Positions 48,831 to 60,068 are shown, counted from the stretch's first letter. The stretch: 64,000 nucleotides of DNA from Chloroflexota bacterium (GCA_022573285.1 JACZUF010000004.1:60441-124440), one strand, 5' to 3'. Notes: generated by a model not told the origin, from the sequence alone. Made by a program: numbers and translations.

Positions 48831-49122
48831 TCTGGACCGAGCGGGCACTGAATGATCTACAGGCAATTTACCTGTTTATGGCAAGGGATGCACCGAAATA
48901 TGCTCGGTTGGTCAATCGACGCTTGTATCAGGCCACAATGAGATTGGCGGATTTTCCGAGGTCTGGCCGAGTGTATCCGAGTGGGACAGCGAGGATGTCC
49001 GAGAGTTGATAGCCCAAAGTTACCGGATCATCTACCGCGCAATGCTGGACCAAGACCGCGTTGAAATACTGCTGATCCATCACGGTGCGATGCCTCTTGA
49101 GGGATCGGATCCCGACAGATAG
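48818..49122 (+). pseudogene. RelE/ParE family toxin with a one-base deletion near 48978
   Basis: VVWTERALNDL.AI..FPRSGRVYP then, in a shifted frame, EWDSEDVRELIAQSYRIIYR..VEILLIHHGA to TAG 49120-49122. Confidence 0.85.
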
Positions 49123-49177
49123 AGGTGGTTCGTCCTGACCTTTTGTCGATTTGCGAGAGGTCTAGCGGGAGTTTTAA

Positions 49178-50197
49178 TTGGATATCCGTGAAGCGATAGA
49201 CCTGGTCGTCTCGGGCGATTCTCTGTCCATGGATAACGCGGCGTCGGTCATGCGGCAGATCATGTCGGGCGAGGCCACCCCGGCCCAGTTGGGGTCGTTC
49301 TTGACCGCGCTCCGGCTCAAGGGTGAGTCCACCGAGGAGATCGCCGGCATGGCGACGATCATGCGTGAGTTCTCCCTGAAGGTCAATGTGGAAGGCATGT
49401 TGGTCGACTCCGTGGGCACCGGCGGCGACGGCTTGAACACCTTCAATATCTCCACCGCAGCGGCCTTCGTCGCGGCGGGCGCCGGGTTGAAGGTGGCAAA
49501 ACACGGCAACCGGGCCGCCACGGGCGCCTGCGGCAGCGCCGACGTGCTGGAAGAACTGGGAGTGCGCATCGACCTTCCGCCAGAGGATGTGGAGCGCTGC
49601 ATCAGGGAAAGCGGCATCGGGTTCATGTTTGCCCAGGCGTACCATCCCTCCATGCGCCACGCCGCGCCGGTGCGCCGGGAGATCGGCATCCGCACCGTGT
49701 TCAATATCTTAGGTCCGTTGACCAACCCGGCGGGGGCGCAGTCCGAGCTGGTCGGAGTGGCCTTCCCGGAACTGGGCGAGAAGATGGCGGCGGTTTTGGG
49801 CCTTCTGGACACCCACCACTCGATCGTCGTCCACGGCGACGGCGGTCTGGATGAAATGACGTTGTCCGGGGATACCTCGGTCTGGGAGGTCGTTGGGGGC
49901 AAGGTGAGCCACTGGACCCTGTCGGTGGCTGACACCGGGCTGCCGGTTACGCCCATCGCGGCGGTGCGGGGCGGCGACAAAGCGGCCAACGCCAAGACAA
50001 TGCGGGCGTTGCTGGACGGAGAAGGCGGCCCCGTGCGCGATTACGTGCTGCTGAACAGCGCGGGGGTGCTGCTGGTGGGAGACCTGGTCTCCAACATTCG
50101 AGACGGCGTGCAACTGGCCGCCCAGGCCATCGACAGCGGCGCGGCCAAGGACCGGATGGAATCCATGATCGAGGTTAGCCAGGCGGGTGGCGGCTGA
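49178..50197 (+). CDS. trpD: Anthranilate phosphoribosyltransferase
   Basis: GTGGDG..TFNIST, KHGNR, RTVFNILGPLTNP, GLDE. Confidence 0.97.
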   Translation: MDIREAIDLVVSGDSLSMDNAASVMRQIMSGEATPAQLGSFLTALRLKGESTEEIAGMATIMREFSLKVNVEGMLVDSVGTGGDGLNTFNISTAAAFVAAGAGLKVAKHGNRAATGACGSADVLEELGVRIDLPPEDVERCIRESGIGFMFAQAYHPSMRHAAPVRREIGIRTVFNILGPLTNPAGAQSELVGVAFPELGEKMAAVLGLLDTHHSIVVHGDGGLDEMTLSGDTSVWEVVGGKVSHWTLSVADTGLPVTPIAAVRGGDKAANAKTMRALLDGEGGPVRDYVLLNSAGVLLVGDLVSNIRDGVQLAAQAIDSGAAKDRMESMIEVSQAGGG

Positions 50198-50262
50198 ACC
50201 GCTCCAGAAGGGTTTATGAACTATAGTGCTAGACTGGATTTTCGGATTACCACAGAAGAAAA

Positions 50263-51063
50263 ATGCCAAGCATCCTAGATGAAATAGTCGCCGCCAAGCG
50301 TATCGAGTTGGCGGAAAGCAAGTCCCAGGTGACCCTGGCGGACCTGGAGGCGGTGGCCGGCGGCCAGCCCCGGCCCCTTAACCTGTCTGGGGCTTTACTT
50401 GGTGGCGGTGTCCGTCTGATAGCTGAGGTGAAGAAGGCCTCCCCCTCCCGGGGGCTTCTTGCGCCGGACTTCGACCATCTGAAGCTGGCCGAGACCTACG
50501 CCAGCAACGGGGCCGCCGCCATTTCGTGCCTGACCGACCTTCGGTTCCAGGGCGAGCTTGACCATCTGCGGCAGATCAAAAAGACCGGAGCGTCCCAGCG
50601 CGCCCCGGTGCTGCGCAAAGACTTCATATTCGACCCCTACCAGATAGTGGAGACCCGGGCCGCCGGGGCCGACGCGCTGCTGCTCATCGTGGCCATCCTG
50701 GAGCCAGACCAGTTGAAGGAACTGCTGGATGCAGCCCAGTCACACTGGATGCAGTGCCTGGTGGAGGTCCACGACGAAGGGGAGCTTGAGACGGCGGTGG
50801 ACGCCGGGGCCGAGATCATCGGCATCAACAACCGCGACCTGCGCACCTTCACCACCGACCTGGCCGTAACGGAGCGGCTGGCTCCGCTGGTGCCCATGGG
50901 CAAGCAGATCGTCAGCGAAAGCGGCATCTTCACCCGCGAGCACCTGGGCCGGTTGGACCGCCTCAAGGTCAACGCGGCACTGGTCGGCGAGGCCCTAGTG
51001 ACCGCCCCGGACGTCGGCGAGAAGGTCCGGGAGTTGACCGGACAAAAAGCGCCGGCGGCATGA
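50263..51063 (+). CDS. trpC: Indole-3-glycerol phosphate synthase
   Basis: AEVKKASPSRG, LRKDFI.DPYQ, LVEVH, GINNRDL, SESGI. Confidence 0.97.
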   Translation: MPSILDEIVAAKRIELAESKSQVTLADLEAVAGGQPRPLNLSGALLGGGVRLIAEVKKASPSRGLLAPDFDHLKLAETYASNGAAAISCLTDLRFQGELDHLRQIKKTGASQRAPVLRKDFIFDPYQIVETRAAGADALLLIVAILEPDQLKELLDAAQSHWMQCLVEVHDEGELETAVDAGAEIIGINNRDLRTFTTDLAVTERLAPLVPMGKQIVSESGIFTREHLGRLDRLKVNAALVGEALVTAPDVGEKVRELTGQKAPAA

Positions 51064-51743
51064 CCATGACTTCCCAAGAGATAAGGGTCAAGATCTGCGG
51101 TATCCGTGACTTGGACGACGGGCTGGCGGCGGCTGACGCGGGGGCTGATTTCATCGGGATGGTCTTTGTGCCGGAGCGCCACCGGCGCATCACTCCGGAG
51201 GCCGCCAAGGTCATCGTGGACGGGGTCAGGAACTCAGGCGGGCCCGTGCCCCGCATCGTGGGCCTCTTCGCCGACCAGCTATTGGACGAAGTTAACGCCA
51301 TAGTCGAATACTGCGGACTGGACCTGGCCCAGTTGTGCGGAAAAGAATCGGTTGAGTACGCCGGTCAAGTCGGCTGCGACGTGATTAAAGTGGTGCACGT
51401 TGCCGAGTCCGCCACAGCATCAGACGATGCCGGAACCGGCGAACGCCTGAAAGACTACAGCGGCGTTGGGCATCTAGTAACGCTGGACCGTTATGTTGAG
51501 GGGATACAAGGTGGCACTGGAGAGGGTTTCGACTGGGCCGTCGCAGCCCTCCTTTCCCAGGCTGGCCTTCCCTTCCTGCTGGCCGGCGGGCTTTCTCCGG
51601 AGAACGTGGCCCAGGCGATAGCGGAAGTGCGGCCCTGGGGCGTGGACGTGTCCAGCGGAGTCGAGACCGGCGGCGACAAGGACCATCAGAAGATTCGGGA
51701 TTTCATGCGGAACGCCAGAACAGCCGCAGGCAAGACGGCTTAA
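51060..51743 (+). CDS. trpF: Phosphoribosylanthranilate isomerase
   Basis: [30 protein letters not shown]. Confidence 0.96.
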   Translation: MTMTSQEIRVKICGIRDLDDGLAAADAGADFIGMVFVPERHRRITPEAAKVIVDGVRNSGGPVPRIVGLFADQLLDEVNAIVEYCGLDLAQLCGKESVEYAGQVGCDVIKVVHVAESATASDDAGTGERLKDYSGVGHLVTLDRYVEGIQGGTGEGFDWAVAALLSQAGLPFLLAGGLSPENVAQAIAEVRPWGVDVSSGVETGGDKDHQKIRDFMRNARTAAGKTA

Positions 51744-51762
51744 CGGAGCAAAGGAACACCAG

Positions 51763-52974
51763 ATGCCAGATGAAAACGCGGCGCGCCGCTTCCCGGACGA
51801 CCGGGGGCGGTTCGGCGACTATGGCGGCAAGTTTATCCCTGAGACGCTTATGGCCGCCGTGGCCGAGTTGGAGGAGGCGTACCTCAGCGCCAAAGAGGAC
51901 GATGAATTTCAGGACCGGCTCTCCCATCTGCTCCACACCTACGCCGGGCGGCCCACGGCCCTCTACTTCGCCGAGAACCTGACCCGCCACTGCGGCGGGG
52001 CCAAGATCTACCTCAAGCGGGAGGACCTGGCCCACACCGGGGCGCACAAGATCAACAACGCCCTGGGCCAGGCGCTGTTGGCCCAGCACATGGGCAAGAA
52101 GCGGATCATCGCCGAGACCGGGGCCGGGCAGCACGGCGTCGCCGCAGCCACCGCCTGCGCCATGTTGGACCTGGAATGTATCGTCTACATGGGCAGCGAG
52201 GATATCCAACGCCAGTCGCTGAACGTCTACCGCATGAAGCTGCTCGAGGCTGAAGTCGTGCCTGTCGAGTCGGGCACGCGCACCCTGAAGGACGCAATCA
52301 ACGAGGCCATCCGCGACTGGGTGACCAACGTGGAGACCACCCATTATCTGATCGGCAGCGTGGTCGGCCCCCATCCCTATCCCGTGATGGTGCGCGACTT
52401 CCAGACGGTCATCGGACGGGAGGCCAGGGCCCAGTTGTTGGAGGCTGAAGGACGGCTGCCGGACTACGTGCTGGCCTGCGTCGGCGGCGGCAGCAACTCC
52501 ATCGGCATTTTCCATCCCTTCGTGCCGGACGAAGATGTGAGACTGATCGGCTTGGAGGCCGGCGGCGAAGGGGTCGACACCGGCAGACACTCGGCCACCC
52601 TCAGCGCTGGGCGTCCCGGCGTGCTTCACGGCGCGATGTCCTATCTGCTACAGGACAAGCACGGGCAGGTGCAGGAGACCCACAGCATCTCGGCGGGGCT
52701 GGACTACCCCGGTGTGGGCCCCGAACACAGTTACCTGAAGGACTTGGGTAGGGCCGAGTACCGGGAGGTCAGCGACGCCCAGGCCCTGGAGGCGTTCCAT
52801 CTCTTGTGCCGCACCGAGGGCATCATCCCGGCGCTGGAGTCTTCCCACGCGGTGTTTGCCGCCGTGGAGTTGGCCGGAAAGCTGACGCCGGACCAGATAG
52901 TTCTGGTCTGCCTCAGCGGCCGGGGCGACAAAGACATCAACATTGTCGCCCAAGAGTCGGGACTCCAGATATAG
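51763..52974 (+). CDS. trpB: Tryptophan synthase beta chain
   Basis: [49 protein letters not shown]. Confidence 0.98.
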   Translation: MPDENAARRFPDDRGRFGDYGGKFIPETLMAAVAELEEAYLSAKEDDEFQDRLSHLLHTYAGRPTALYFAENLTRHCGGAKIYLKREDLAHTGAHKINNALGQALLAQHMGKKRIIAETGAGQHGVAAATACAMLDLECIVYMGSEDIQRQSLNVYRMKLLEAEVVPVESGTRTLKDAINEAIRDWVTNVETTHYLIGSVVGPHPYPVMVRDFQTVIGREARAQLLEAEGRLPDYVLACVGGGSNSIGIFHPFVPDEDVRLIGLEAGGEGVDTGRHSATLSAGRPGVLHGAMSYLLQDKHGQVQETHSISAGLDYPGVGPEHSYLKDLGRAEYREVSDAQALEAFHLLCRTEGIIPALESSHAVFAAVELAGKLTPDQIVLVCLSGRGDKDINIVAQESGLQI

Positions 52975-53150
52975 CCCGGTGCAACCACCCCCTCCCAGGC
53001 TCGCGCGGCCAATTTTCCAGCCGTAATCCAGAGGCAATCGCCATGCTATAATGGGCTGCCGATTCGCCTGAGCCGTATCTGAACGGCCTCCGGCTCAATC
53101 TCGGTGCGAATTCCGCCAAATAGCCAAACAGGCAAGTTGGAGACACGACT

Positions 53151-53948
53151 ATGGACCTGGGCCTTCAGGACAAAGTGGCAATCATCACGGGTGGAAGTGA
53201 CGGGATTGGCAAAGCGGCCGCATTGAGCATGGCCAAAGAGGGGGCCAACGTGGTGATCGTGGCCCGGCGGCAGGAAGTGCTCGACCAGGCGGTCCAGGAC
53301 ATCAAGACGGCTACCGAGGGTTCGGTAGTCCCACTGTCGCTGGACGTAACCTCGGACGGGGCGTCCCAGACGATGATCAAGACGGCCCTGGACAACTTCG
53401 GCCGGGTCGATATCGTGGTCAACAACGCGGGCACGTCCATGGCCAAACCCTTCGAAAGCGTTAGCCACGAGGACTGGGCATCGGACTTTGACCTGAAGGT
53501 CTGGGCCGCGGTCCGGTTGATGCAAGACGCCATCGTTGAGATGCGGAAGGTCGGCGGTGGCCGGATCATAAATGTAACGAACCTGGGCGGCCGGACCCCC
53601 GGCCCGTCTTCCATGCCCACATCCATCTCCCGGGCGGCTGGGATCGCCATCACCAAGGGCCTGTCCAAGGACCTGGCCAAGGACAACATCCTGGTCACCA
53701 CCGTTTGCATCGGGCTGGTCAAGAGCGGCCAGCACCAACGCCGTTACGATGCCCGTCTCGAGAAGGAGCCCAACCTGTCCATCGAGACCTTCTACGACGA
53801 ACTGGCCAAGGCGCGCTCCGTGCCCTTGGGCCGCGTGGCCGAGCCCGAGGAAGCCGGCGACGTCATCGCCTTCCTGGCTTCGGCGAGGGCCAGTTACCTC
53901 ACCGGCATCGCGGTGAACCTGGACGGCGGCGCTTCGGCAGTCCTTTAG
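53151..53948 (+). CDS. SDR family oxidoreductase (atypical, TxxxR in place of YxxxK)
   Basis: TGGSDGIG, VNNAG, PTSISRAA, NLDGG; TGCTATAAT at 53044-53052 upstream. Confidence 0.9.
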   Translation: MDLGLQDKVAIITGGSDGIGKAAALSMAKEGANVVIVARRQEVLDQAVQDIKTATEGSVVPLSLDVTSDGASQTMIKTALDNFGRVDIVVNNAGTSMAKPFESVSHEDWASDFDLKVWAAVRLMQDAIVEMRKVGGGRIINVTNLGGRTPGPSSMPTSISRAAGIAITKGLSKDLAKDNILVTTVCIGLVKSGQHQRRYDARLEKEPNLSIETFYDELAKARSVPLGRVAEPEEAGDVIAFLASARASYLTGIAVNLDGGASAVL

Positions 53949-54023
53949 CCCCGCCGCGGATTCGGGCGGTCGCCGGCCCAGATATCTAAACCATGAGAAG
54001 GTCCATGCGACCGGAGGTCATGC

Positions 54024-55220
54024 TTGACTAGCTCCTACATGAATGAATTGCAGCCGCCCCAGAGGGTGCTGTTGGGGCCCGGACCAAGCACCGTTCACCC
54101 TCGGGTGCTGCAGGCGATGGCCACCCCCGTGGTGGGACACTTGGACCCGGCATTCTTCCAGGTGATGGATGACGTATGCGAGATGCTGCGCGAGGTTTTC
54201 CACACCAACAACACGATGACCCTACCCATCTCGGCCACCGGCACGGGTGCCATGGAGGCGGCCTGCGTCAACATTATCGAGCCGGGCGACTCTGTGCTCA
54301 TCTGCCGGAACGGCTATTTTGGCATCCGCCTGGCCGACATCGCGGAACGCTGCGGGGCCACCGTCCACCTGATGGACACCCCCTGGGGCAAGGCCGTGGA
54401 TCCCCAGATGCTGCGGGACGAACTCAAGAAGCACTCGGGGCTCAAGGCCGTGGGCGTGGTCCATGCCGAGACGTCCACCGGCGTGCTGAGCTCGGTAAAT
54501 GAATTGGTCGATGTGATTCACGAGCACGGCGCGCTGGCCATCGTCGATGCCGTGACGTCCTTGGGCGGCCATGAGATGAGGATGGACGACTGGGGCATCG
54601 ACATCTGCTACAGCGCCACCCAAAAGTGCTTGGGAGCCCCGCCGGGACTGGCCCCCATCAGCCTCAGCGGCGCGGCCATGGATGTGGTCAGCAATCGGAA
54701 GAGCAAAGTCCAGAGCTTCTACTTCAACCTCAAAGACCTGGAGGCCTACTGGAACGAGACCAGGGCTTATCACCATACCTCGCCCATCAACATGACCTAC
54801 GCCCTGCGGGAAGCCCTGCGCATGATGATGGAGGAGGGCCTGGAGAACCGGATACAGCGGCATGCCAGGGTGGCGGACGGGCTTCGCGCCGGCGTGGAGG
54901 CCTTGGGAATGACGCTGCTGGCCGAGGAAGGGCACCGGCTTAACCCGTTGACCACGGTATCGGTCCCAGAGGGAATCGACGACGCCAAGGTACGGAGGAC
55001 CCTGCTGGACGATTACGACATCGAGATCGGCGGCGGCCTGGGAGAATTCCGGGGCAAGGCTTGGCGCATCGGCCTGATGGGCGAATCGGCCCGGGAAAAG
55101 AACGTCTTCGCGCTACTCTCCGCCCTAGAGTCGATCTTATCCAAAGAGGGCTATGAGGTGGCCTTCGGCGCCAGCCTATCGGCGGCCCAGCGGGCCATAG
55201 CGACCTTCGGCGATAATTAG
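54024..55220 (+). CDS. Alanine-glyoxylate / serine-pyruvate aminotransferase (class V)
   Basis: [42 protein letters not shown]. Confidence 0.93.
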   Translation: MTSSYMNELQPPQRVLLGPGPSTVHPRVLQAMATPVVGHLDPAFFQVMDDVCEMLREVFHTNNTMTLPISATGTGAMEAACVNIIEPGDSVLICRNGYFGIRLADIAERCGATVHLMDTPWGKAVDPQMLRDELKKHSGLKAVGVVHAETSTGVLSSVNELVDVIHEHGALAIVDAVTSLGGHEMRMDDWGIDICYSATQKCLGAPPGLAPISLSGAAMDVVSNRKSKVQSFYFNLKDLEAYWNETRAYHHTSPINMTYALREALRMMMEEGLENRIQRHARVADGLRAGVEALGMTLLAEEGHRLNPLTTVSVPEGIDDAKVRRTLLDDYDIEIGGGLGEFRGKAWRIGLMGESAREKNVFALLSALESILSKEGYEVAFGASLSAAQRAIATFGDN

Positions 55221-55240
55221 ATAGCAGGAATATCAACCTA

Positions 55241-55586
55241 GCACGTAGGGGCACGGCAATGCCGTGCCCCTACGTGCGTCATGCCGACACCGTTATTCCG
55301 GCGCAGGCCGAAATCCAGAGCGGTGGCCTTTAACCTAATTTCATTCGGCCAGATGCAATGGCTCCCTCTCGATGGACATAATCCTCCGTAGGGCGGGTTT
55401 TCAACCCGCCCTCACGTTCATAAACGAAGCCTGAAGCAATCAGCGTGTTTGTGGGCCACCCCGAATTCTAGCAATAGAGTTTCTCTTGCTAACCATGTTT
55501 GCGCCGACATGCCTCTCCCTGGCGGTCCCATAGTTTCGACAACCACGGCGGCATTGAAAAAGGGCAGGTTGGAAACCTGCCCCTAC
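55241..55586. repeat. Cluster of REP-like elements (family A palindrome, family D repeat, composite GTAG doublet)
   Basis: 55241-55277, 55291-55318 and 55388-55586 match copies elsewhere in the window. Confidence 0.8.
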
Positions 55587-55630
55587 GATACTTGATTCCA
55601 TTGAAATCCGGTATGGCTCAGGTCCGCTTT

Positions 55631-56947
55631 TTAGGACCCTTCCAGCCCATAAGCCTCGTCCAGGATGTCCACCACGTGGCGGACCCGGCCCGCCGTCTTC
55701 CGCGACCTGAAACCCTGCTCCACCTGCAGCATACAGCCCGGATTGGCCGTGATCACTTCGTGGGTCCCCGTGGCATCGATACAGTTCATCTTTCGTTTGA
55801 GCAGCCGCTGGGACAGGTCGGGCTGGACCGTTGAGTAGATGCCGGCCCCGCCGCAACAGAGGCTGGAATTTTCCATCTCCACCAGCTCCAGCCCTGGGAT
55901 CGAGTTTAAGATTTCCCGCGGCGCGGCGGTGATGCGCTGGGCGTGGGCCAGGTGGCATGGGTCTAGGTAGGTGACCTTCCGGTTGATCGCCGCCGTGGGA
56001 GCTTGAAAGGGCAGGCCCGTCAAAAACTCGGTCACGTCCTGGGTCATCTCGCCGAAACGGGCCGCCTTGGCGCTGTAATCGGGGTCGTCCTTCAACAATT
56101 CGGCGTATTCCTTCATGGTGGAACCGCAGCCGGCGGACGAAGTGACCACCCGCTCCACTCCGGCGGCCATCAACGAGTCGATGTTGGTCCGGGCCATGGC
56201 GCGGCTGCCATCGAGGTCGCCGGCGTGGCCGTTCAGCGCTCCGCAGCAACCCTGACCTAGGGGCACCATCACATCGCAACCGTTGCGGATCAGCACCCGG
56301 ACCGTGGCTTCCATGGTCGAGCCCTGCGCCAAGGGCATGACGCAGCCGGACAGCAGGGCGACGGTCATCTTCTTCACGCCCTGGGCCGGATGGACCGTGT
56401 CTGACGGCCCGAAGAAACGCTTCCCCATTGGAGGCAATTGGGCCTCCAGTTTGGCGATCCCGCCGGGCAGCAGGTAGAGCAGGTGGGACAGCCGGAGCAG
56501 CCTCTGGATGCCCAGCCGCTGGTAAAGGCGGATGAGGTGGGCCCCGAACCGCAAACGCCGTGGATTGGGCAACGCGGCGTTTAGGAAAAAGCGGCTGAGC
56601 CGCCGCAGTTCACGGGACTGGAGACCGGCGGCCCGGACCTGGGCGCGGGTGCGTTCCATGATGCGGCCGTAGGGCACGCCTGAAGGGCACACCGCCTCGC
56701 AGGCGCGGCACTGGAGGCACATATCCCAGTGGGATACGATCCTGGGGGTGATCTCCACCCGCCCCTCGTTCACCGCCTTCATCAGCGCAAGCCGGCCCCT
56801 GGGCGACTCCATCTCCAGCCCCGTCTCCACGTAGGTCGGGCAGGCGCTGAGGCAGAGCCCACAGTGGACGCAACGGTAGAGGTCGGACTCGGCCGGGGCG
56901 TCGGGGCCGGTGAACCCGCCGGTTAATTCAGTCGATGGTTGGACCAT
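55631..56947 (-). CDS. glcF: Glycolate oxidase iron-sulfur subunit
   Basis: CVHCGLCLSACPTY, SPRGR, CLQCRACEAVCPSGV, two CCG domains. Confidence 0.9.
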   Translation of the reverse strand: MVQPSTELTGGFTGPDAPAESDLYRCVHCGLCLSACPTYVETGLEMESPRGRLALMKAVNEGRVEITPRIVSHWDMCLQCRACEAVCPSGVPYGRIMERTRAQVRAAGLQSRELRRLSRFFLNAALPNPRRLRFGAHLIRLYQRLGIQRLLRLSHLLYLLPGGIAKLEAQLPPMGKRFFGPSDTVHPAQGVKKMTVALLSGCVMPLAQGSTMEATVRVLIRNGCDVMVPLGQGCCGALNGHAGDLDGSRAMARTNIDSLMAAGVERVVTSSAGCGSTMKEYAELLKDDPDYSAKAARFGEMTQDVTEFLTGLPFQAPTAAINRKVTYLDPCHLAHAQRITAAPREILNSIPGLELVEMENSSLCCGGAGIYSTVQPDLSQRLLKRKMNCIDATGTHEVITANPGCMLQVEQGFRSRKTAGRVRHVVDILDEAYGLEGS

Positions 56948-58330
56948 CTAGATACCTCTCAGGAACCGGCCGGGGTTCAGGATTCCGCCGGGATCGAATC
57001 TGTCTTTGATGCGCCGCATGACGGCCAGGCTGTCGGGAGGGTCTCCCCACACATCGATGTTCCGTTTTACCGGCAGGGGACATTGTTCCACGACCGCCGT
57101 ACCGCCGTACCGGCGGGCAATCTGCCGGGCCTGTTGGACCGCGTCCAAGATTGGCTGTTCCTCTTCTCGGTTGTTCGTCCGGCCGGCCATCGGGCCGTCC
57201 GAGGGCCGGGGCCAGAAAAGACGGATGCTGCCGAAACCGGGGTCGGCCATCTGCTCCGGCTTCTCTCCAGAGAGGGTTATTTCAGCGCACTCGGCGGATG
57301 TTCGCGCTGCCGATCTTGACTGGACCGACAGCTTCATGACCAGACCGGAGCCCAGGCTTATCTCCGACGGGGCGTCGGTGACCCAGCGCAGCAGCCCGTT
57401 GGAGGCAGGTCCCTCGATCCGCTGCACCGCGTTCGCCCCTTCCGCCAGGAGCAGCGCCGCAGCCTCTTCCAACCTCCGGCCGGTGACCTTGGCACGGCCC
57501 GAAAAGAAGGCGAAGGACAAGGCAGCTTCCTCGTCTCCCAGTCCCAGGTCCTGGGATGCGGCGTGGAGGGAGTCCTGCAGCCGCCGGGAGACTCCCGAGG
57601 TGACGCAGTGGCAGCCCATGGGAGCGGCGGGCGAGTTGAGCAGCTTCCGGCCGGCCGAGATTGAGGAGGATAGGGACGGAAAAGACGCCATCAAGGCTCC
57701 GGCTTCGGGGTCGATGGGCAAGAGCTTGAATGATGCTTCGACAATCACGCCCAGTGTGCCCAATGAGCCGGTGTACAGCTTGTTCAGGTCGTAGCCGGTC
57801 ACGTTCTTAACCACCTTGCCGCCCGACCTGGTGGCCACGCCCTGAGCGCTTATCACGCCGATGCCGATGAGCCACTCCCGGGGCAGGCCGTAGGCGTAGG
57901 CCAGGGGGCCGCCCGTGCCCACGGCGAGGGTGCCGCCCACCGTGGACCGGCTGGGCAGCGCCGATTCCAGGGGGACGAATTCGCCGCCCGGCGTCAGTTG
58001 TTCCTCCAGCGACGCCAGGGTCATGCCGGCCTCGACCGTGGCGGTCATGTCGGCGGGCTGGTAGTCCACCAATTTGTCCAGCCCTCCCAGGTCCAGCACC
58101 AGGTCCGCCCGCCGTGGGACGTTGCCCAACCCCATCCTGGTGCCGCCGCCCCTGGGCAAGACGCTCACCTGCTCTGCCGAGGCCCAACGCAGAACCTCGG
58201 AGACCTGGAGCCGGTCCCTGGGGCGCACCACGGCCTGGGGTATCAGCCCGTCGATGTCATACCCGTCAACAGACAACACGGCTGTCGCGCCCAAAAGCCC
58301 CACGAGCCGGTCACTGAGGGAAGACTCCAA
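56948..58330 (-). CDS. glcE: Glycolate oxidase FAD-binding subunit
   Basis: RGGGT, GGKVVKNVTGYDL, GSLGTLG, FDPGGILNPG; between glcD and glcF. Confidence 0.85.
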   Translation of the reverse strand: MESSLSDRLVGLLGATAVLSVDGYDIDGLIPQAVVRPRDRLQVSEVLRWASAEQVSVLPRGGGTRMGLGNVPRRADLVLDLGGLDKLVDYQPADMTATVEAGMTLASLEEQLTPGGEFVPLESALPSRSTVGGTLAVGTGGPLAYAYGLPREWLIGIGVISAQGVATRSGGKVVKNVTGYDLNKLYTGSLGTLGVIVEASFKLLPIDPEAGALMASFPSLSSSISAGRKLLNSPAAPMGCHCVTSGVSRRLQDSLHAASQDLGLGDEEAALSFAFFSGRAKVTGRRLEEAAALLLAEGANAVQRIEGPASNGLLRWVTDAPSEISLGSGLVMKLSVQSRSAARTSAECAEITLSGEKPEQMADPGFGSIRLFWPRPSDGPMAGRTNNREEEQPILDAVQQARQIARRYGGTAVVEQCPLPVKRNIDVWGDPPDSLAVMRRIKDRFDPGGILNPGRFLRGI

Positions 58331-58406
58331 TCGATACTCCTACTTGAATCAGACGGCGTTGGATACCGCAGAGAAGGTTCGAGACCCATTGCTCCCGCTA
58401 CGCGGG

Positions 58407-59834
58407 TTAGATGGTCATGCCGGGGGCGGCTGGGTGGGCCGAAGGGGTGTACTGTTCCCCGTCGGGGAATATCTTGCCCGGATTCAGGTTGTTGTCCGGA
58501 GCAAAGGCCTCGCGCACCGATATCATGGCGGCCATGTCGTCATCGGAGAACACCAAGGGCATCTGCTCCTTTTTCTCCAATCCTACGCCGTGTTCACCGG
58601 TGAGGGTCCCTCCGGCATCCACGCATATCCGCAGCACCTCGGTCCCGGCCTCCACAATCTTTTCGATGGCGCCGGGCTGGCGTTCGTCGAAGAGCAGGCA
58701 GGGATGGAGGTTCCCGTCCCCGGCGTGGAACACGTTGGCTATTGGGATGTCGTACTTCCGGCTGACCTCGGCCACCTGCCCCAATACCTGGGCCAACTTG
58801 GTCCTAGGCACCACTCCGTCAACCAGGAAGTAATTGGGAGCGATGCTGCCCAAAGCGCCCAAAGCGCCCTTGCGGCCCACCCAGAGCTGCTCCCGTTCCT
58901 CGGCCGCTTCCGCAGTCCGCACCTGGGTTGCGCCGGTCTCCCAGAGAGCCGCCTCGACCTCGCCTCCAATCTCGTCAACCTCATCCTGCAGCCCCTCAAG
59001 TTCGATGAGCAGCACGGCCCCGGCGTCGTTGGGATAACCGGCGTCGCTGACCTTCTGCACCGCCTGGATGGTGAGGGCGTCGATCATCTCCAGGGCGGCG
59101 GGGACGATGCCGTGCTCGATGATCGCCGATACGGCGGTGCAGGCCGACTCCACGTCGGGGAAGATTCCCAGGAAGGTGCGCACCGATTCGGGTACCGGCA
59201 GGAGCCGGACCGCGATCCTGGTGGCGAGGCCGAAGGTGCCTTCCGAGCCTGTGAACACACCCCGGAGGTCGTAGCCCACGGTCTCCCGGGCCAGGCTGCC
59301 CAGGTTCACGACCGAGCCGTCTTCCAGCACGACCTCCAGGCCCAACACATGGTTGGTGGTGGTGCCGTAGGCCAGACAGTGGGGTCCTCCGGCGTTCTCC
59401 GCGATGTTGCCGCCCAGGCTGCAGGCCCGTTGGCTGGAGGGGTCGGGGGCGTAACGCAGGCCCAACTTGCGGACGTGGGTGTCCAGGTCCAGGTTGATAA
59501 CCCCCGGTTCCACCAACGCCAGCCGGTTCTCGGTGTCCACTTCCAGGATGCGGTTCATGCGGGTGAAGGCGACCTGGATGCCGCCGGGCGGGGCGATGGC
59601 GCCGCCGCTGAGCCCGGTGCCGGCGCCGCGGCCCACCACGGGAACCCCGGCGTCGTGGGCCAGGGCAACAACCCGGCTTACCTCGCCGGTATTGGCGGGG
59701 AAAACCACCGCCTTGGGCAGCCCCCGGTCCACCGCACCGTCATATTCGAAGACCAGCAGGTCATCGGGGTGGTGCACCACGTTTTCCTTGCTGACGATGT
59801 GCTGGAGGCCGCTCAGAAATTTCTTGAAATCCAT
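58407..59834 (-). CDS. glcD: Glycolate oxidase subunit
   Basis: RGAGTGLSGG, PDPSSQ..C.LGGN.AENAGG.HC..YG, FHAGDGNLHP, GEHGVG.EK. Confidence 0.9.
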   Translation of the reverse strand: MDFKKFLSGLQHIVSKENVVHHPDDLLVFEYDGAVDRGLPKAVVFPANTGEVSRVVALAHDAGVPVVGRGAGTGLSGGAIAPPGGIQVAFTRMNRILEVDTENRLALVEPGVINLDLDTHVRKLGLRYAPDPSSQRACSLGGNIAENAGGPHCLAYGTTTNHVLGLEVVLEDGSVVNLGSLARETVGYDLRGVFTGSEGTFGLATRIAVRLLPVPESVRTFLGIFPDVESACTAVSAIIEHGIVPAALEMIDALTIQAVQKVSDAGYPNDAGAVLLIELEGLQDEVDEIGGEVEAALWETGATQVRTAEAAEEREQLWVGRKGALGALGSIAPNYFLVDGVVPRTKLAQVLGQVAEVSRKYDIPIANVFHAGDGNLHPCLLFDERQPGAIEKIVEAGTEVLRICVDAGGTLTGEHGVGLEKKEQMPLVFSDDDMAAMISVREAFAPDNNLNPGKIFPDGEQYTPSAHPAAPGMTI

Positions 59835-60068
59835 GCCTGCAATCCACTAATAAAAGATTGCCAACTTTCCGGCCGAGTCCCGTTTGAATCTCGATAGAAT
59901 CACACGGATGATAGAACAATATTGGGGCCATTGCCAGGCTGGGGCTGCCTCGTTTGAAGGCCCTGGCGATTATAGGTATACTGTGGCGGGATTTGCGGCC
60001 GGGTCCCTTTCGGACTCCGTGCGAGAGTAAACCAACACATTACGGTACAAAGAGTCAGGAGGGGCCAC

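Noticed and set aside
55499-55834. ORF over the REP cluster as a RAYT transposase remnant
   Set aside because: No HUH (MPNH.H) or catalytic Tyr motif; translation reflects the repeat sequence only
58074-59897. 607-aa plus-strand ORF
   Set aside because: Antisense shadow of glcD with no motifs
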